Positions 16,441 to 31,277 are shown, numbered from the stretch's first letter. The stretch is 64,000 nucleotides of DNA from the human T2T-CHM13v2.0 reference genome, Homo sapiens (GCF_009914755.1 NC_060942.1); one strand, 5' to 3'. A program made the numbers and translations. Notes: generated by a model not told the origin, from the sequence alone.

Positions 16441-16489
16441 AAATCATAGCCCACTAATGAGTTTTGGAGCCAGCTTTGTCAGTTTTTTG
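16441..16489 (+). CDS. TTC39C: TTC39C coding exon 2 (49 nt; (R)NHSPLMSFGASFVSFL)
   Basis: Acceptor tttttttaacag ends at 16440 and donor gtaagt starts at 16490. The peptide matches the TTC39C N-terminal region as I recall it and is in frame with the next exon. Confidence 0.95.
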
Positions 16490-18165
16490 GTAAGTTGATA
16501 TCTTAAGACCTATTGGCATGAAGGAAACAATTATATAAAGTAATGTCTGTTAGTGGCTACCAGTTGTATAGATACACTATTGTAGAAAGTCTTTTAGAGT
16601 TTAAAACTGAAATAAAGTTTTTGCCTATTACCCAATGCCTATGAAATAATCTGCCTTCCCTAATTTTAAAAATAAAATGCTTACATCTTATTTATAGGGT
16701 ATTATATTTTAACCAAAGTCCTTTTTAGAATAAAAATGTAATGGAAAGACCTTCAATAATTAAAACTGCATTCGAGGTAGAAAAAAAGTCTGGGTTTGGG
16801 TAATAAAGGTTTGCTCTGAAATTATTGAGTAAATGTGGACTAGAAGTCAAGTTAAATGAGCAGAGCTAAAATTCGTCAGTTTGTATTACATTTCCAAATA
16901 TGAGTATTTGGGAATTGAGGAAGTAGGTTGCAGTTAGTTTTAAAGTACATTGGGCAATGTGGAAAATGGGATACTTCGATTTTTCGGAAATAGTAATAAC
17001 CACACAAATTACTTTCAAACACATAATTTTTTTAAAAGACTATTAATGAATTGTGTAACAGCAAGAAAAAAAAAGACATGATAGGGACTGAAAAAGAGAA
17101 AGCATTTAGATCCAAGATTGGGAAAGATGTCAGCAAATGGGCATGCCACAGCCTGGCAGTGCTCAACCACAGGTACCACGCCAGCTTCCAGTGAGAAGTT
17201 TTTATTCAAGGTATTTATTTCCTCTTATTGCCAGTTAATGCAACAAAAATGTTAACGGCTATTGTTTGAAAGAATACATTATTCCCAACCCTAAGGAAAA
17301 TGGTACTGGGTGGCGGTTGTAACATTAGTACCCAAGTGATAACAAGGGCTGCGAATGAGATCTAACCAAAGGGTCTTGGCTGAGTCTGGTGGTGGAGGAG
17401 GAGGAGAAGCAAGGCCACAGCAGGGTTGAGATTTCAGCAGCTTGAGAGGAGGGTTGGGAAGAAAAGTGTGGCAGGGAGGCCTGGGCCGAGGTTTGGCTAG
17501 AATGGAAAAGTAGGTTAGAGCCATACTGAGGAAGCCTGAAAGGCCAAGATGGAGCTGGTGGAATTTGATAGGAAATGAGGAGTTAGAGACAGTAGGTTCA
17601 TCAGGTCCTTCCAAGAACCAGGTATCCCGCAGCAAGTCTGTCTCTGCCCCTGTAAGCCCATTCATCTCAGAAACCTCAGTTCTACTGTGTAAAAGTCACA
17701 GGTGCTCAGCAGAGATTCAGTAGATTTCCCCTACTTCGTTAAATGTGGCTTGAAAAAGTCCACCAGGATCAGGTGCCTGGAAACAAGCTGTCATGGAATT
17801 TTTAAACATAGACAATATAAAATGAATTCCTTATAAGTGAACCTACTGGAATTGCAGTCCCTGGAAAGACTGAAGATTTTCCAGGTGTACCTACAAGCTG
17901 TTGTTTCATTAGCATTTCTGTGCAGTAGTTGGTGGAGCCAGGGATCCATATGTGGGTAGAATGAACTTCTGCATCAGACGCCACTGTAAAAACTGAATTG
18001 AGCAGACCAGTCAGAAATCATAGAGAATTTTTGTTACTGTGTTTAATAACAGCAACAACAAAATTTGTAGAACAGTAATGGCAAGGACATTTATTACCGT
18101 ATTTCTTTCATGATGATGTGATAGAGGTATAGTCTTATTTCATGTTGAGATTACAGTTTCTTTGA

Positions 18166-18546
<381 letters not shown>

Positions 18547-19196
18547 TGACTGAAAAACCACAATGTTTCTTATGGTTTTTGGTTATATAAAATGTTATCT
18601 CTTATAAAAACAGAAGCTGCTTTCAGTCATCCAGAGCCATTCAGTGCATGTCCTTTTGATATCTTAGAATCATCTTCTTCCATAATGGGCCGTGTGGGAA
18701 GGGCTGTTTTAATGAGGTTTTCCTATATGTAATTCAAATAGGATACGATGGCAGTTGATGAATAATAGAATTGCATTTTGGTGTAATTCTGGAATTCAGC
18801 TGTTTACCTAATTTTCCCCAGGCCTCACCAGCCTTTGGTTATAAATAGTCATAATACCATCAGAATCCAGTTTTCCTGATTTTGCCCTCACCATTTCAGT
18901 GCAAAAGTGCTAGGCTATGGAGAGGCACCCTCCTAGCCCTGATGTTACTTGGAGTGCCCAAGGGTCTCACATACGTCACTGACAAATCAGTCTGTTGGAT
19001 ATAGTCATCAGAAGCCACCTGTCTTCTGCTCCTGCATGCCCGTGCCCTGCCTATGAAGCATCACAGGAGAGTGTTTCACCTCTGCTCTTGTTTATGGTGT
19101 CCACCATGAGAAAGCCACTGATGGGCCAAGTGTCCCGCCTCCTGATGCTCCAGAGGGCCAGAGTTTTCCTAGCTTCCTCTCTCTCCAGCCTGACAC

Positions 19197-19539
19197 ATCC
19201 TGCACAGTAGATGTTATTACAAACGAGGAAACAGAAGCATCTTGACATTTTCTCAAGTGAATAGAATAGTGAGTGCTGGGGCTAGATTTGGAACAACAGT
19301 GACCACGATGGATTATGCTAAAATCTAGAAAAAAGGGAAACAGATCATTCTGGTGTGTCTGCTGTGTATACTGTTGACATATTGGCAAAAATCCTGTTAT
19401 TTCTTCTGTCATTGTGATAGCATATGAAAGCTATTTAACTTATTCAAGTTTGTTTTGTACTAAGAATGCAGAATGTTCTATTCTGGAGTGTTCTATTCTT
19501 CATTTTAGAAACATTATGATAAAGACCAACGTTTTATAA
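19197..19539 (+). repeat. ~345-bp direct repeat, copy 1 (copy 2 at 20526-20873)
   Basis: Long shared blocks, e.g. aacaacagtgaccacgatggattatgctaaaatctagaaaaaagggaaaca; about 90% identical by eye. Confidence 0.95.
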
Positions 19540-19698
19540 CGTCTAATCAATGACCAAGTGCTGTTGACTCTTTTTCTTAATACCTCTTGAATTCATCAAC
19601 TACTCTCCATCCTCACTGCCATCTCTGTAGGTCAGACACTATCCCACTTGTCTAAGACACATGGGTATTTCTGCCTCCAGTCTCACGGTTCTTTAATG

Positions 19699-20046
19699 TA
19701 GGGGTCCCCAGCCTCTGGGCCATGGACCCGTACTGGTCTATGGGCTGTTAGGAACCAAGCCACAGGGCAGGAGGTGATCTGCAGGGCAGGTGAGCATTAC
19801 CACCTGAGCTTCGCCTCCTGTCAGATCAAGAGTGTCATGAGATTGTCATAGGAGCATGAACTGTCTATGCAAGGGATCTAGGGTGCACTCTCCTTATGAG
19901 AATCTAACTAACGCCTGATGACGTGAGGTGGAACAGTTTCATCCTGAAACCATTAACCCATCTCCTCCCACCCCCTCAACCCAGTCCATGGAAAAATTGT
20001 CTTCCGTGAAGCTGGTCCCTGGTGCCAAAAAGGTTGGAGAATGCTG
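19699..20046. mobile_element. MER1B (hAT-Charlie non-autonomous DNA transposon)
   Basis: aggggtcccca...tgttaggaacc...ctggtgccaaaaaggttgg, with degenerate 8-bp TSD ctttaatg/ctctaatt. Confidence 0.85.
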
Positions 20047-20525
20047 CTCTAATTCATTGACCATAATATAGTCACTAAAATGCAAATTTGTTGCTTGCTT
20101 GGTTTTCGGTGGCCCCTCTCACCAGCCATTGCCATTATAATAAAGTACAGACTTCTTAATGTGGCTGACTTGGCGTTTACGTTTCCTCTGCCTGGAACAT
20201 TCTCCTCCCTCGTTTCCTGGTTCCTACTCTTCTTTAGTTCTTTCTACGTGTCCTTTTCCTCAAAGACTGTTGCTTGAGGCTCCATGCCCTGTTGAGTGTG
20301 TCTCCTACAGCTTCCCATAGTTCCCTGTCCTTACCCTTCAGAGAGCTTTCTACAGTGCATAGTAATATGGTCTATATTTTGTCATTAGAATGAAAGCTTA
20401 TTTACATGTCTGTCATCAGTATCCAGTACCATGTCTAGCACCTGTGTTAATAATTAAGATTTGTAATGAGTCCTTGCAATTTAAAAAGCATTTTCACATT
20501 CAGTATCTCATTAGCCCTCCCAACA

Positions 20526-20873
20526 ATCCTGCACAGTAGATTTTATGACAAACGAGGAAACAGAAGCATCTTGACATTTTCCCAAGTGAATAGAATAGTG
20601 AGTGCTGGGGCTAGGTTTGAAACAACAGTGACCACGATGGATTATGCTAAAATCTAGAAAAAAGGGAAACACATCATTCTGGCTTGTCTACTGTGTATAC
20701 TGTTGACATATTTGCAAAAATTCTATTATTTCATCTGTCATTGTGATAGCATATTAAAGCTATTTAACTTATTTTATTCAAGTTTACTTTGTACTAAGAA
20801 TGCAGAGTGTTCTATTCTGAAGTGTTCTATTTTTCATTTTAGAAACATTATGATAAAGACCAACATTTTATAA
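20526..20873 (+). repeat. ~345-bp direct repeat, copy 2 (begins inside a MIR at about 20480-20600)
   Basis: Matches 19197-19539. Confidence 0.95.
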
Positions 20874-21424
20874 AAAGTGATTTGACTTTTTGCATATTTG
20901 TGTTTATATGACTTATATTTCAAGTAGTTTGTGATTTATTCAAAGCTAATTTTTAATTCCAGAATATTTTCTCCTTAATGGAAATGTAATCAGTTTCTGA
21001 TCCTTACATCTCAGTTGCATGCACGAAAAGAATGCCCCTAATGTTATCCTACCTGAAGACAGGTGGCTGCAAAGTTGACTTTTCAGGTTATCTACTTTGA
21101 GGAATATATTGTACCTTTAATGATGTTTATTCTGGATAAGAAAGACTTCATATTGTTTGTTTTTAAAAAAGGTGAAACTCCGAGGTTTTTTGTTGCTTTT
21201 CGTATTTCCCATGAATTCAGCTTGTATCACTTAGAATATTTTTGTCTTTGAGTTACAGTGCTCAAACAAACAAAACAAAGTCAGACTAATGGGAATTTGG
21301 AGCTGCCAGGCTCATAGGATAAATTTGGGCTTGGCTTTGAGTGCCAGGTTTCACAATTCGTATGTGAAATTATCTTGTACAATAACCTGATACTGTTTGG
21401 GGGAACTGTCGTTGTTATGTGTGA

Positions 21425-21592
<168 letters not shown>

Positions 21593-22863
21593 TAATGGTT
21601 TTCAGTATTCAGTGCACACAATTAGTAATATGCTTTTTTAAGAATGCCTTATATTTCAGTCTTTGAACACATGTGGCACCTCTTTGGGGCATGATACTGA
21701 TTTATTACTGGGGAAATTGAAACCACAAGTGTTTAATGTGTGTTTAGTGGAGCAGTTTTTGTGCCAGAGTCTGTTTCATCCTCTTGTCTCAAGAGAATTC
21801 TGTCATACTGACAGAAATTGCTACTGCCTCTTATATGTATGTAGATGTATAATAGTTTTTCTTTGTGGGAATCAGGTTGTGATAATAACCTTTAAAGTGA
21901 AATGTAACTGGCTTAAATTTAAGGTTTTCAGGAAGTTGTTATTAAGGCCTGAGTGGCTTCAATGGTTTCACGTATATTAGGAGATCGTTAAAGATCATTA
22001 AAGATTTGCTAATATACTGGAATGACCTGCATTTTAACAAACTTTAGTGAGGGATATAAACTAATTTCTTAATTAGTCTGTCCAAGACAAATGTTTTCTA
22101 GGCTTAGCTTTAATTTCTTGAGTGAAATAGACTCAAGTGAGCCTCTAAAACTTGTCCTATGACTGAGTCTAAAATTGACCTAATTCTTTTAATTATGTGG
22201 TTATGGGTGTCTCTGATATTGACAGCAGAAACTTCCCATTTTGGTAGATAGAATTTACTTGAAAAAACCGAAAATTCTAAAAGGAAATCAATTAAAATTC
22301 ACTGTCAGAAAGATATTTTCTCCTAAACCCTAAATGAAGAAGGATAAATTTCTTTTAAATTATAACATACTCTTTTCTTTCTAGCCTATCAGAAGCCGGT
22401 TTTTCCCCCTTTTTCTTGTTTCTCTTGCTCTTTCTTTGTCTCTGTCTCGTACGAACGATGCTTGGCTTCTGTTTGGCTGAAGTCAAAAGTGGAATATAAC
22501 TTCTATTTTGATCTCTGAAATTTGGACTTCTAAGAATTGATCTTTCTTTTAAAATATGTTCTATGATGTACATTCACTGTTTGTTTTGGTTCAATAATTC
22601 TTTTTCTCCTTAACCCTCTTCTCAGGACTCTTCTAACAATACCTTACTTATATGGTCAAGAACTCATAGCTCATGTGAATTTTTTATAATGCAGTAATGT
22701 CATATCCCGCATTTGGAGCGCACTGCTGACTCAGATATAAAAGAGTACCAGAGCTTATCTGGACCTTGTTGGTCAAGACAAGAGCTCTGTGATTTTGTAC
22801 TTCCTTTTCCTGACACTCAGGGACTCTCATAAGGAGCTAATTTTAACCATTAAGAAAATATCT

Positions 22864-23528
<665 letters not shown>

Positions 23529-24596
23529 GAACTTTCTAAATGAGTACGTCTGTCTTTCGTTTGTTCAATCATTGATCCATTCAACAAATAATTATAGAGC
23601 ACATGCTGTGTGCTAAGCACTTAGTTAGATAAGCAAACACAGGCCTAGTCCCTGCCCTCGTGAAGCTGAGAATTATCAGATAATAGTATTTATAGTTAAG
23701 ATTATTCTGATTGTAAAATTACTAAATATTAGTATGGAATATTTTGGAAAGATAGAAAGCAAGTCATCATCTCCAATTTCACCACTTAGAGAAAATCTCT
23801 TTTTATTAATGATCTACTTTATATTTCTCTAATTTTTTGCAAAATTGAATCTAAAGTATTTTGTATCTTGTTTTTTCTTTTCAATTATACTTTGGGTATT
23901 TTCCCTATGACTTACTTTCAGAACATAATTTTAAATAATAGTGTGTTAGTTTATCATATGGATATGCCCTAATGTATTTAGTCAATTCCTCATGAACGTT
24001 TAGACTGGTGTGCATTTTTGGGGGGTATTAGTGAGATTGAATATGCTTTTGTATTTTATCCATAAACTATATTTCTTTCACAAATTATCTTTACAGCCTT
24101 TGCCTATTCTTCTAATAGTTTGATATTATTGTTACTTAATCCTGTTCATCATAGTATTTGACAGCATTCTTGCTTCTTCCTGAAGTCCTATGATTTATTG
24201 AATGTGATATTGACATTGAAGTGAAATTCTCATAGGCATGAAAGCCTCAGCTTGTCATAAACTTATGTAGTGGTTATTTGCTTTGTGAATAGCTCAGTAT
24301 TTGTTTCAAACAAACACAACCAACAATGTGCTCTATTTGCCTTTGAGACACCCAGTGGGTTATTAAGCTACAAATAATTTGTTTACTTCATTGTTGGGAT
24401 CCATGTTTCTTAGAAAACATTTTACATGGATAATTTTCTTGGGGAAAAAAAAAAAACAAAGCTCCTTGTTGGAGATGTTTGTTATGGGTGGCCCTCCCCA
24501 CCCTTGGAGCGGGGCAGCACTGAGGGGCCAGGGGCACACACACAGGCCAGAGCTCTGGTAGGGATGAGCCAATGTGAACTTTTTAATGATTCATGC

Positions 24597-24897
24597 TTTT
24601 TTTTTTTTTTTAAAGACAGTTTCTCACTCTGTCATGCAGGCTGGAGTGCAGTGGCACAATCTCGGCTCACAGCACAACCACTGCCTCCCGGGTTCAAGTG
24701 ATTCTCGTACGTTAGCCTCCCAAGTAGCTAGGATTACAGGTGCATGCCACCACTCCTGGCTAATTTTTGGTATTTTTAGTAGAGACAGGGTTTCACCATG
24801 TTGGCCAGGCTGGTCTCGAACTCCTGCCCTTAAGTGATCCATCCGCCTTGGTCTCCCAAAGTGCTGGGATTGCAGGCATGGGCCACCGTGCCCGGTC
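24597..24897 (-). mobile_element. Alu
   Basis: Poly(T) plus antisense Alu. Confidence 0.95.
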
Positions 24898-25833
24898 AAT
24901 GCTTCTTACTTTTAAAAAAGCTTGTGTTTATCTCATTTAAACTTCCTTATAATGAATTACTCCATCATCTCTTTAATTTCCCATACTACTTTATATCTTT
25001 TTAACTCTATTATCCAAGTGTCTTTTATTGCAGCAAGAATATATTACTTTTGTGATAAATTATTTTTAAAACATATTTTATGGCACTTGCCACCTTGTTT
25101 GATTATAAATTTCCTTTATTTCCTTTTGGATTTGAAGAGAGGGCCCATGTCTTTCTCACCTTTGTATTCTTGGCAACATATATACTCTAGTTTTCCTCAG
25201 ATGAGATTGTTTTCCTTACTTGACAGGTGAGACAGTTGCAGTTGAATGATTTATGCAGCTTGTTGGTGATGACAGAACCAGGGCCTGAGCCATGGTTTTC
25301 TCATTTTCTAACTGAAATCCTGGTGCTGTCCACGTGCTCCCACCTTAGTTTGGTTACTTGTGCTATCACCTTCCAAGTGGCCCAGAAACCCAGGTTCCTT
25401 GGGACCTTCTCCCTCAGGTGCTCCCTGTACCCTGGGGAACTAGCCCTGGGCTAGAATAGTAGCCACACTGCCTCTTGCTTCCCTCTGGGCCACACTCTCC
25501 ATTGCTGCTAGAGTATCTTTCCAGAACTGCTTAAACCCATGCTTTAAACACTTAGCTGGTGGGCCTCACCTGCAAGGGAAGGTCTGAATTCCTTTTGTGC
25601 GGGGCATGTAAGACCCTGCCTCTTTCCCAGCCACCTGCCCTTCCACTACCTCATCTAGCTGAGCTGAGATTCTCACACTCCCTGAATACCCGCTGCTGCC
25701 TCGAGCTTTTATTCACCTTGCCCTCTCAGTGTGGAACACCCCTACCCCCTTTATCTTTCTCTTATGCTTAATCAAGTGCAACCCAGGCCTTCCTCCTTTG
25801 TACAGCATTCCCTCCTCATATCAATCCTGGTTC

Positions 25834-26119
25834 TTTTTTTTTTAAGAGGCAAGGTCTCACTCTGTCATCCAGGCTGGAGATCATAGCTCACTTCAGCCTT
25901 GAGGTCCCAGGTTCAAGTGATCCTCTTGCCTCAGCCTCCTGAGTAGCTGGGACTACAGGCATGTACCACCACACCTGGCTAATTTTTTAAAAATTTTTTG
26001 TAGAGATAGGGGTCTCACTATGCTGCCCAGGCAGGTCTTGAACTCCTGGGCTCAAGCAATCCTTCCGCCTTGTCCTCCCAAAGTGTGGGGATTACAGGTG
26101 TGAGCCACCATGCCCAGCC
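25834..26119 (-). mobile_element. Alu (J-like)
   Basis: Antisense Alu. Confidence 0.92.
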
Positions 26120-26627
26120 AATCTGGCCTTTGTTGTGCTATTACTTATACCCTGTACATCACCATTTACTGCAGGTATCACATAGCAATACTCATATTTA
26201 TTTACATGTCTGCCTAAAGTATTAGGCTACATACCCCTTGAGGGCAGGGACTGTGCAATCTACCTGCTGTTTTACCTCTTCCCCACATATGTTGAGCATT
26301 TCCTATGTGCCCACATGCTGTGAGATGATAGGTGCTGGTAGTCTTGAGATGAATGAGATGCACTTCATGCCCTGGGAGAACTCATGGTTTGGCAGTAGGA
26401 ACAAATAAGTAAGTAAATAAATTCTAATTCAGCAGGATACTTCAGCCATAGACATATAAGTTAGTTATAGAGGTTGAATAGGGAACAAGTGTTTCTGAAT
26501 CTTTGGGAAGATCAAGGATCCCTTATCCCTGAGGAGGTTTATAAAGCATGAAGGTCCGTTTCCTTCTCTGTGTCCTTAGAACCTGGTAGGACGTTTTTGC
26601 CTAGAACATGGTGGGTGGATACTAAAA

Positions 26628-26752
26628 TCCATTCATGCCTAGTGTTCCATTATTGGAACGCTAAGCATGTGGGAGTTATTTATATCCTACGGTTCAAGGT
26701 CATTGCCAAGATCTGATTGCAAAAATTCACAAATTTGCAACCTCAGGCATAA
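26628..26752 (+). mobile_element. MER85 (PGBD3-derived piggyBac MITE)
   Basis: tccattcatgcctagtgttccattattggaacgctaagcatgtgggagttatttatatccta...ttgcaacctcaggcataa followed by TTAA; matches the MER85 consensus as I recall it. Confidence 0.88.
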
Positions 26753-26838
26753 TTAAAGGGAGGAAATGGAGGAAAGGTAATGCCATTCAGGAAGATATTG
26801 GGATTGGAGAAGTGAGCCTATTAGAAGTCTGTTGGTGA

Positions 26839-27610
26839 CACATGAAAAAATGCTCATCATCACCGGCCATCAGAGAAATGCAGATCAAAATCACAATGAG
26901 ATACCATCTCACATAAGTTAGAATGGTGATCGTTAAAAAGTCAGGAAACAACAGGTGCTGGAGAGGATGTGGAGAAATAGGAACACTTTTACACTGTTGG
27001 TGGGACGGTAAACTAGTTCAACCATTGTGGAAGACAGTGTGGCGACTCCTCAGGGATCTAGAACTAGAAATACCATTTGACCTAGCCATCTCATTACTGG
27101 GTATATACCCAGAGGATTATAAATCATGCTGCTATAAAGACACATGCACATGTATGTTTATTGCGGCACTATTCACAATAGCAAAGACTTGGAACCAACC
27201 CAAATATCCATCAATGATAGACTGGATAAAGAAAATGTGGCACATATACACCATGGAATACTATGCAGCCATAAAAAAGGATGAGTTCATGTCCTTTGTA
27301 GGGACATGGATGAAGCTGGAAACCATCATTCTGAGCAAACTATTGTAAGGACAGAAAACTAAACACGCATGTTCTCACTTATAGGTTAGAATTGAACAAT
27401 GAGAACACTTGGACACAGGGTGGGGAACATCACACACCGGGGCCTGTCGTGGGGTGGGGGGTGTGGGGAGGGTTGGCATTAAGAGAAATACCTAATGTAA
27501 ATGACAAGTTAATGGGTGCAGCACACCAACATGGCACATGTATACATACGTAACAAACCTGCACATTGTGCACATGTACGCTAGAACTTAAAGTATAATT
27601 AAAAAAAAAA
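26839..27610 (+). mobile_element. 5'-truncated L1PA (relatively young), sense to TTC39C
   Basis: ORF2 C-terminus in ORF 26923..27348, 3'UTR G-tract, poly(A), and TSD aagtctgttggtga at 26825-26838 and 27611-27624. Confidence 0.97.
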
Positions 27611-27693
27611 AAGTCTGTTGGTGAAGGTTGAAGATAACGAGGCAGTGGGCTGACTGGTGAAAACTAAATCATCTTTTGTCCTTCAAAGTCTTG

Positions 27694-28013
27694 GGCCAGG
27701 AACAGTGGCTCACACCTGTGCACGGTGGCTCCTAGCACTTTGGGAGGCCGAAGTGGGTGGATTGCTTGAGTCTAGGAGTTTGAGACCAGCCTGGGCAACA
27801 TGGCAAAACCCATCTCTACTAAAAATACAAAAAATCAGCCAGGCTTGGTGGCGTGTGCCTGTAGTCCCAGCTACTCAGGAGGCTGAGGTGGAAGAATCAC
27901 CTGAGCTTGGGAGGTCGGGGCTGCAGTAAGGTGAGATAGTGCCACTGCACTGCAGCCTGAGCAATCCAAGTGAGACCTTGTCTCAAAAAAAAAAAAAAAA
28001 AAACAAAAAAAAA
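27694..28013 (+). mobile_element. Alu (J-like)
   Basis: Alu consensus with A tail. Confidence 0.93.
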
Positions 28014-28177
28014 ACCTCTATTATTTGAGACACAAGAAAGGCAAGCCTGAATTGCCATGGGTTAACCAGCCTCCTTCCGGGACAGTTGGACAGACAGGCT
28101 TTAATAGATGCTTGCACCAGATACAGTCCCCCTGAAAAATTACAAAATTTATCCAAGATCAATTTCATGTAACTTGA

Positions 28178-28579
<402 letters not shown>

Positions 28580-30614
28580 TGCTCTGTGGTTTTTCTGCTG
28601 TCTCCACCTCCCTCCACAGACACAGCGATAACGACAGCTGAATGATTCATACTTGACCTTTCAGAGCAGCCAGATGAAAGGCTGTGCAGGGTGTATGGCT
28701 CTTAAATAGCGTGTTCTCTGCTTGTTGGGAAGACATGCACTCAGCTGCTGTGTCCTCTCATGGAGCTGCTGGAGCGGCCCCTGTAGGAGCCACAGTGCAG
28801 AGCGTCCTGTTCTCGGTGCTGCATTCTCCCCCAGCCTCTGCCTCCTCCTGCTTGGCCTGGCTGTGGCTGGAATTTTTGCTTTACAGAGTGTGGGATGGAG
28901 AGTAGGGCAAGTCCCGAGAACCTGTTTCAGTGCCAAGTTGGACGCAGAATGTAGTAAAAGCAACATGGCCTCTCTCGACATGAGCATTAAGTTTGTTTTG
29001 ACATACATCAGTTTATCATCTTTGACTCAGTCAAAAACGTTGGGTTCTGTTTCCTTGGCTCAAATTAAGGACCTTACAGCTTGTTACCATAGACTTTAAC
29101 ATGTGCCTTCAGACATTGGCACCCATCTTAGGCACAAAATTAAAGACGGATTGAATTCATTGTATTCTTATTCTAGAAGAGTGGGGTTTTCACCGTGGAG
29201 GTTTCTGTTGTGTTTTATTGATTTAGTTCCACGTACTCAGGATTGGATGGATTCTTAACGTTTGTTTCCAGTTCTACCATCCATTTCTGTAGCTCCTCAC
29301 CTGAGGTCAGAATTGTTAGCATTCATGTCTATAATCCTGGTCCCTTCGACGTCACGTTGAGAGATGCCGTTTCTCCGGGAGCAGGTGTTCACTCCTCTGT
29401 TGGGCTTGCACCCTTTTGTCCCGGTGTGTCCCCTGCTTCACTCTGCCTCCAAGCCGCTCGCCCATCTGCTCCTTCCTACTGGCATTCCTGCTGCTCTCTC
29501 CTGGGGTGTTCCCTTTCCCTTAGTGCAAGCTTCACTTCCTTTAATAAAGCTGAGGTAGCCTGGAAAATACAGGATAAAATGGAGTTAAATTTATCCCTCC
29601 AAATTTCCAGTTAAGAATGGGTAGGAGTAAAGTGTTCTTCCGAAATCCTGCAGTAACTATTTTGCACTCTCTAATTTATTTATGTGTTTACTACATGGAA
29701 AACTATTTAATGACAGAAAAAGGAGATAAAAAAGAACAATTCACTCATCATCTCAGCGTTGTTTGTTTTCACTCTTTCTGTATGTGACCCAATAGAGCAT
29801 TTAAATATGTATGTTAAGTTGCATGCTTATTTTTTCCTTTGTTTATTTTCTTTTCTAATTTTATTGTGGGCATTAGGCGGGATTGGACAATGTTTTATAG
29901 TTCTTTGGCGTTCCTCAGGTGGCAAGCACAGTGCCAGGCACATAATAGAAACAGTCAATAGCCAATCGATATTTTTAGGGTTTTACAGATTTGTTTAAAA
30001 TCTGCAGCCAGTGATTATTTGTTTTCAATTAGATTCCAATTGCCTCTGTGCTCTCAAGAATATATATTCTAGTTTCTATTTTTTTCTGCTTTTCTGTTAA
30101 ACCTTTGGCTTTTTGGATTGTAACTGAGCATCATCTTTCTTGTTTGTGGACATGCTGGATCAATCCAGACACTTAAAAATCCACTTTGTTAGTATAAAAG
30201 AAGCTTCAAGGTTTTCTCCAGGCTTTCTTTTCCTACAGTGCTTCCCTTTAGGAGGGGAAAAAGTCATTGAGCCTCTTAAAGGAAGGATCTCTGTCTTATT
30301 TCACTTCGATTCACCCAGAACAGTGCTTGAAATGTGGTGTTTGTACAGTAAATATTCTTGTTAAGTAGAACGAATGAAAAGAAATTGTTTCAAATGTATT
30401 ACTTTTATTATTTTAAAGTTACTAAAAAAACTTTGTAGATTAATTTGTTTTACTTGTTCATTCTACCCTATAGCATTCTTTTTAGTGGAGGTAGACTATA
30501 GGACATTAATCACCCAGAAGTTGTAGGATAGTTGTTTTTAAATGTGATCCCCTGGGTGATATGTTCATCATTTGTCAGAAAATTGATGCATTTAAGTAAA
30601 ATAATAGCTTGATA

Positions 30615-31277
30615 CCATAGATTGGGGGTCCCCAAGACCACCTCCAGGTTTGATGACTTACATTCAAGACTCATCTTACAGTCATATTTTTAGCTATGAC
30701 TTCTTACAGCTAAATTACGTTGCAGTCTTATTTTTTCATTTGTATTGGTTTTCTTTCCTAATTTTATTGTGGATATTTGGAGGGCTTAGATTATGTTTTG
30801 TAGTTCGTTTGTGTTCCTTAGATACAAAGGAAAATCAGCAAAGGGAAAAAGCACATGGGGTGGCGGAGTCCAGGGGAGACCAGGCACAAGCTTCCAAGGC
30901 TTTGCTCTGCAGGGAGTCACACAGGATGTGCTAATTTGCTCCAGCAACGAGTTACGACAGCACAAATGAAATGTCACTAACCAGGAAATCTCATTAGAGA
31001 CTTAATGCCAGAGTTTTTATTGGGGGCCGATCATGTAGGCACCCCTACCTTGCACATAGACAAATTCCGGACTCCCAGAAGAAAAATCAGTGTTCAATGT
31101 ACATCATATTATTTGTGCAGACAGTTTAGGTGCACACAGTGAGCCACTCTTATCAGTCCTGGAAATGGTAAGAACTTTCCCAGAATCCAAGCTTCCATTC
31201 CAGCCAAGGGCCAACCTTTTTAGCAGTTCTATTGAAGGATAGCAGTCAGGCCTGCTGCATCAACTCTTTTCTACACA
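30615..31277. mobile_element. ERVL-type solo LTR (MER77-like)
   Basis: gggtccccaagaccacc...aaaatcagcaaagggaaaa...ccaggcacaagcttccaag...cagccaagggccaacct...aactctttttctacaca. Confidence 0.7.

Noticed and set aside
26628-26752. Possible snoRNA or small RNA gene
   Set aside because: There is no C/D or H/ACA layout. TIRs, TTAA and internal sequence identify a MER85 MITE.
26923-27348. 141-aa ORF as a gene
   Set aside because: It is the ORF2 C-terminal end and start of the 3'UTR of a 5'-truncated L1PA.
28661-29614. Cluster of 115-125 aa ORFs in moderately GC-rich unique sequence
   Set aside because: Overlapping frames on both strands with non-ATG starts and no recognisable domain. More likely ordinary intronic or regulatory DNA.
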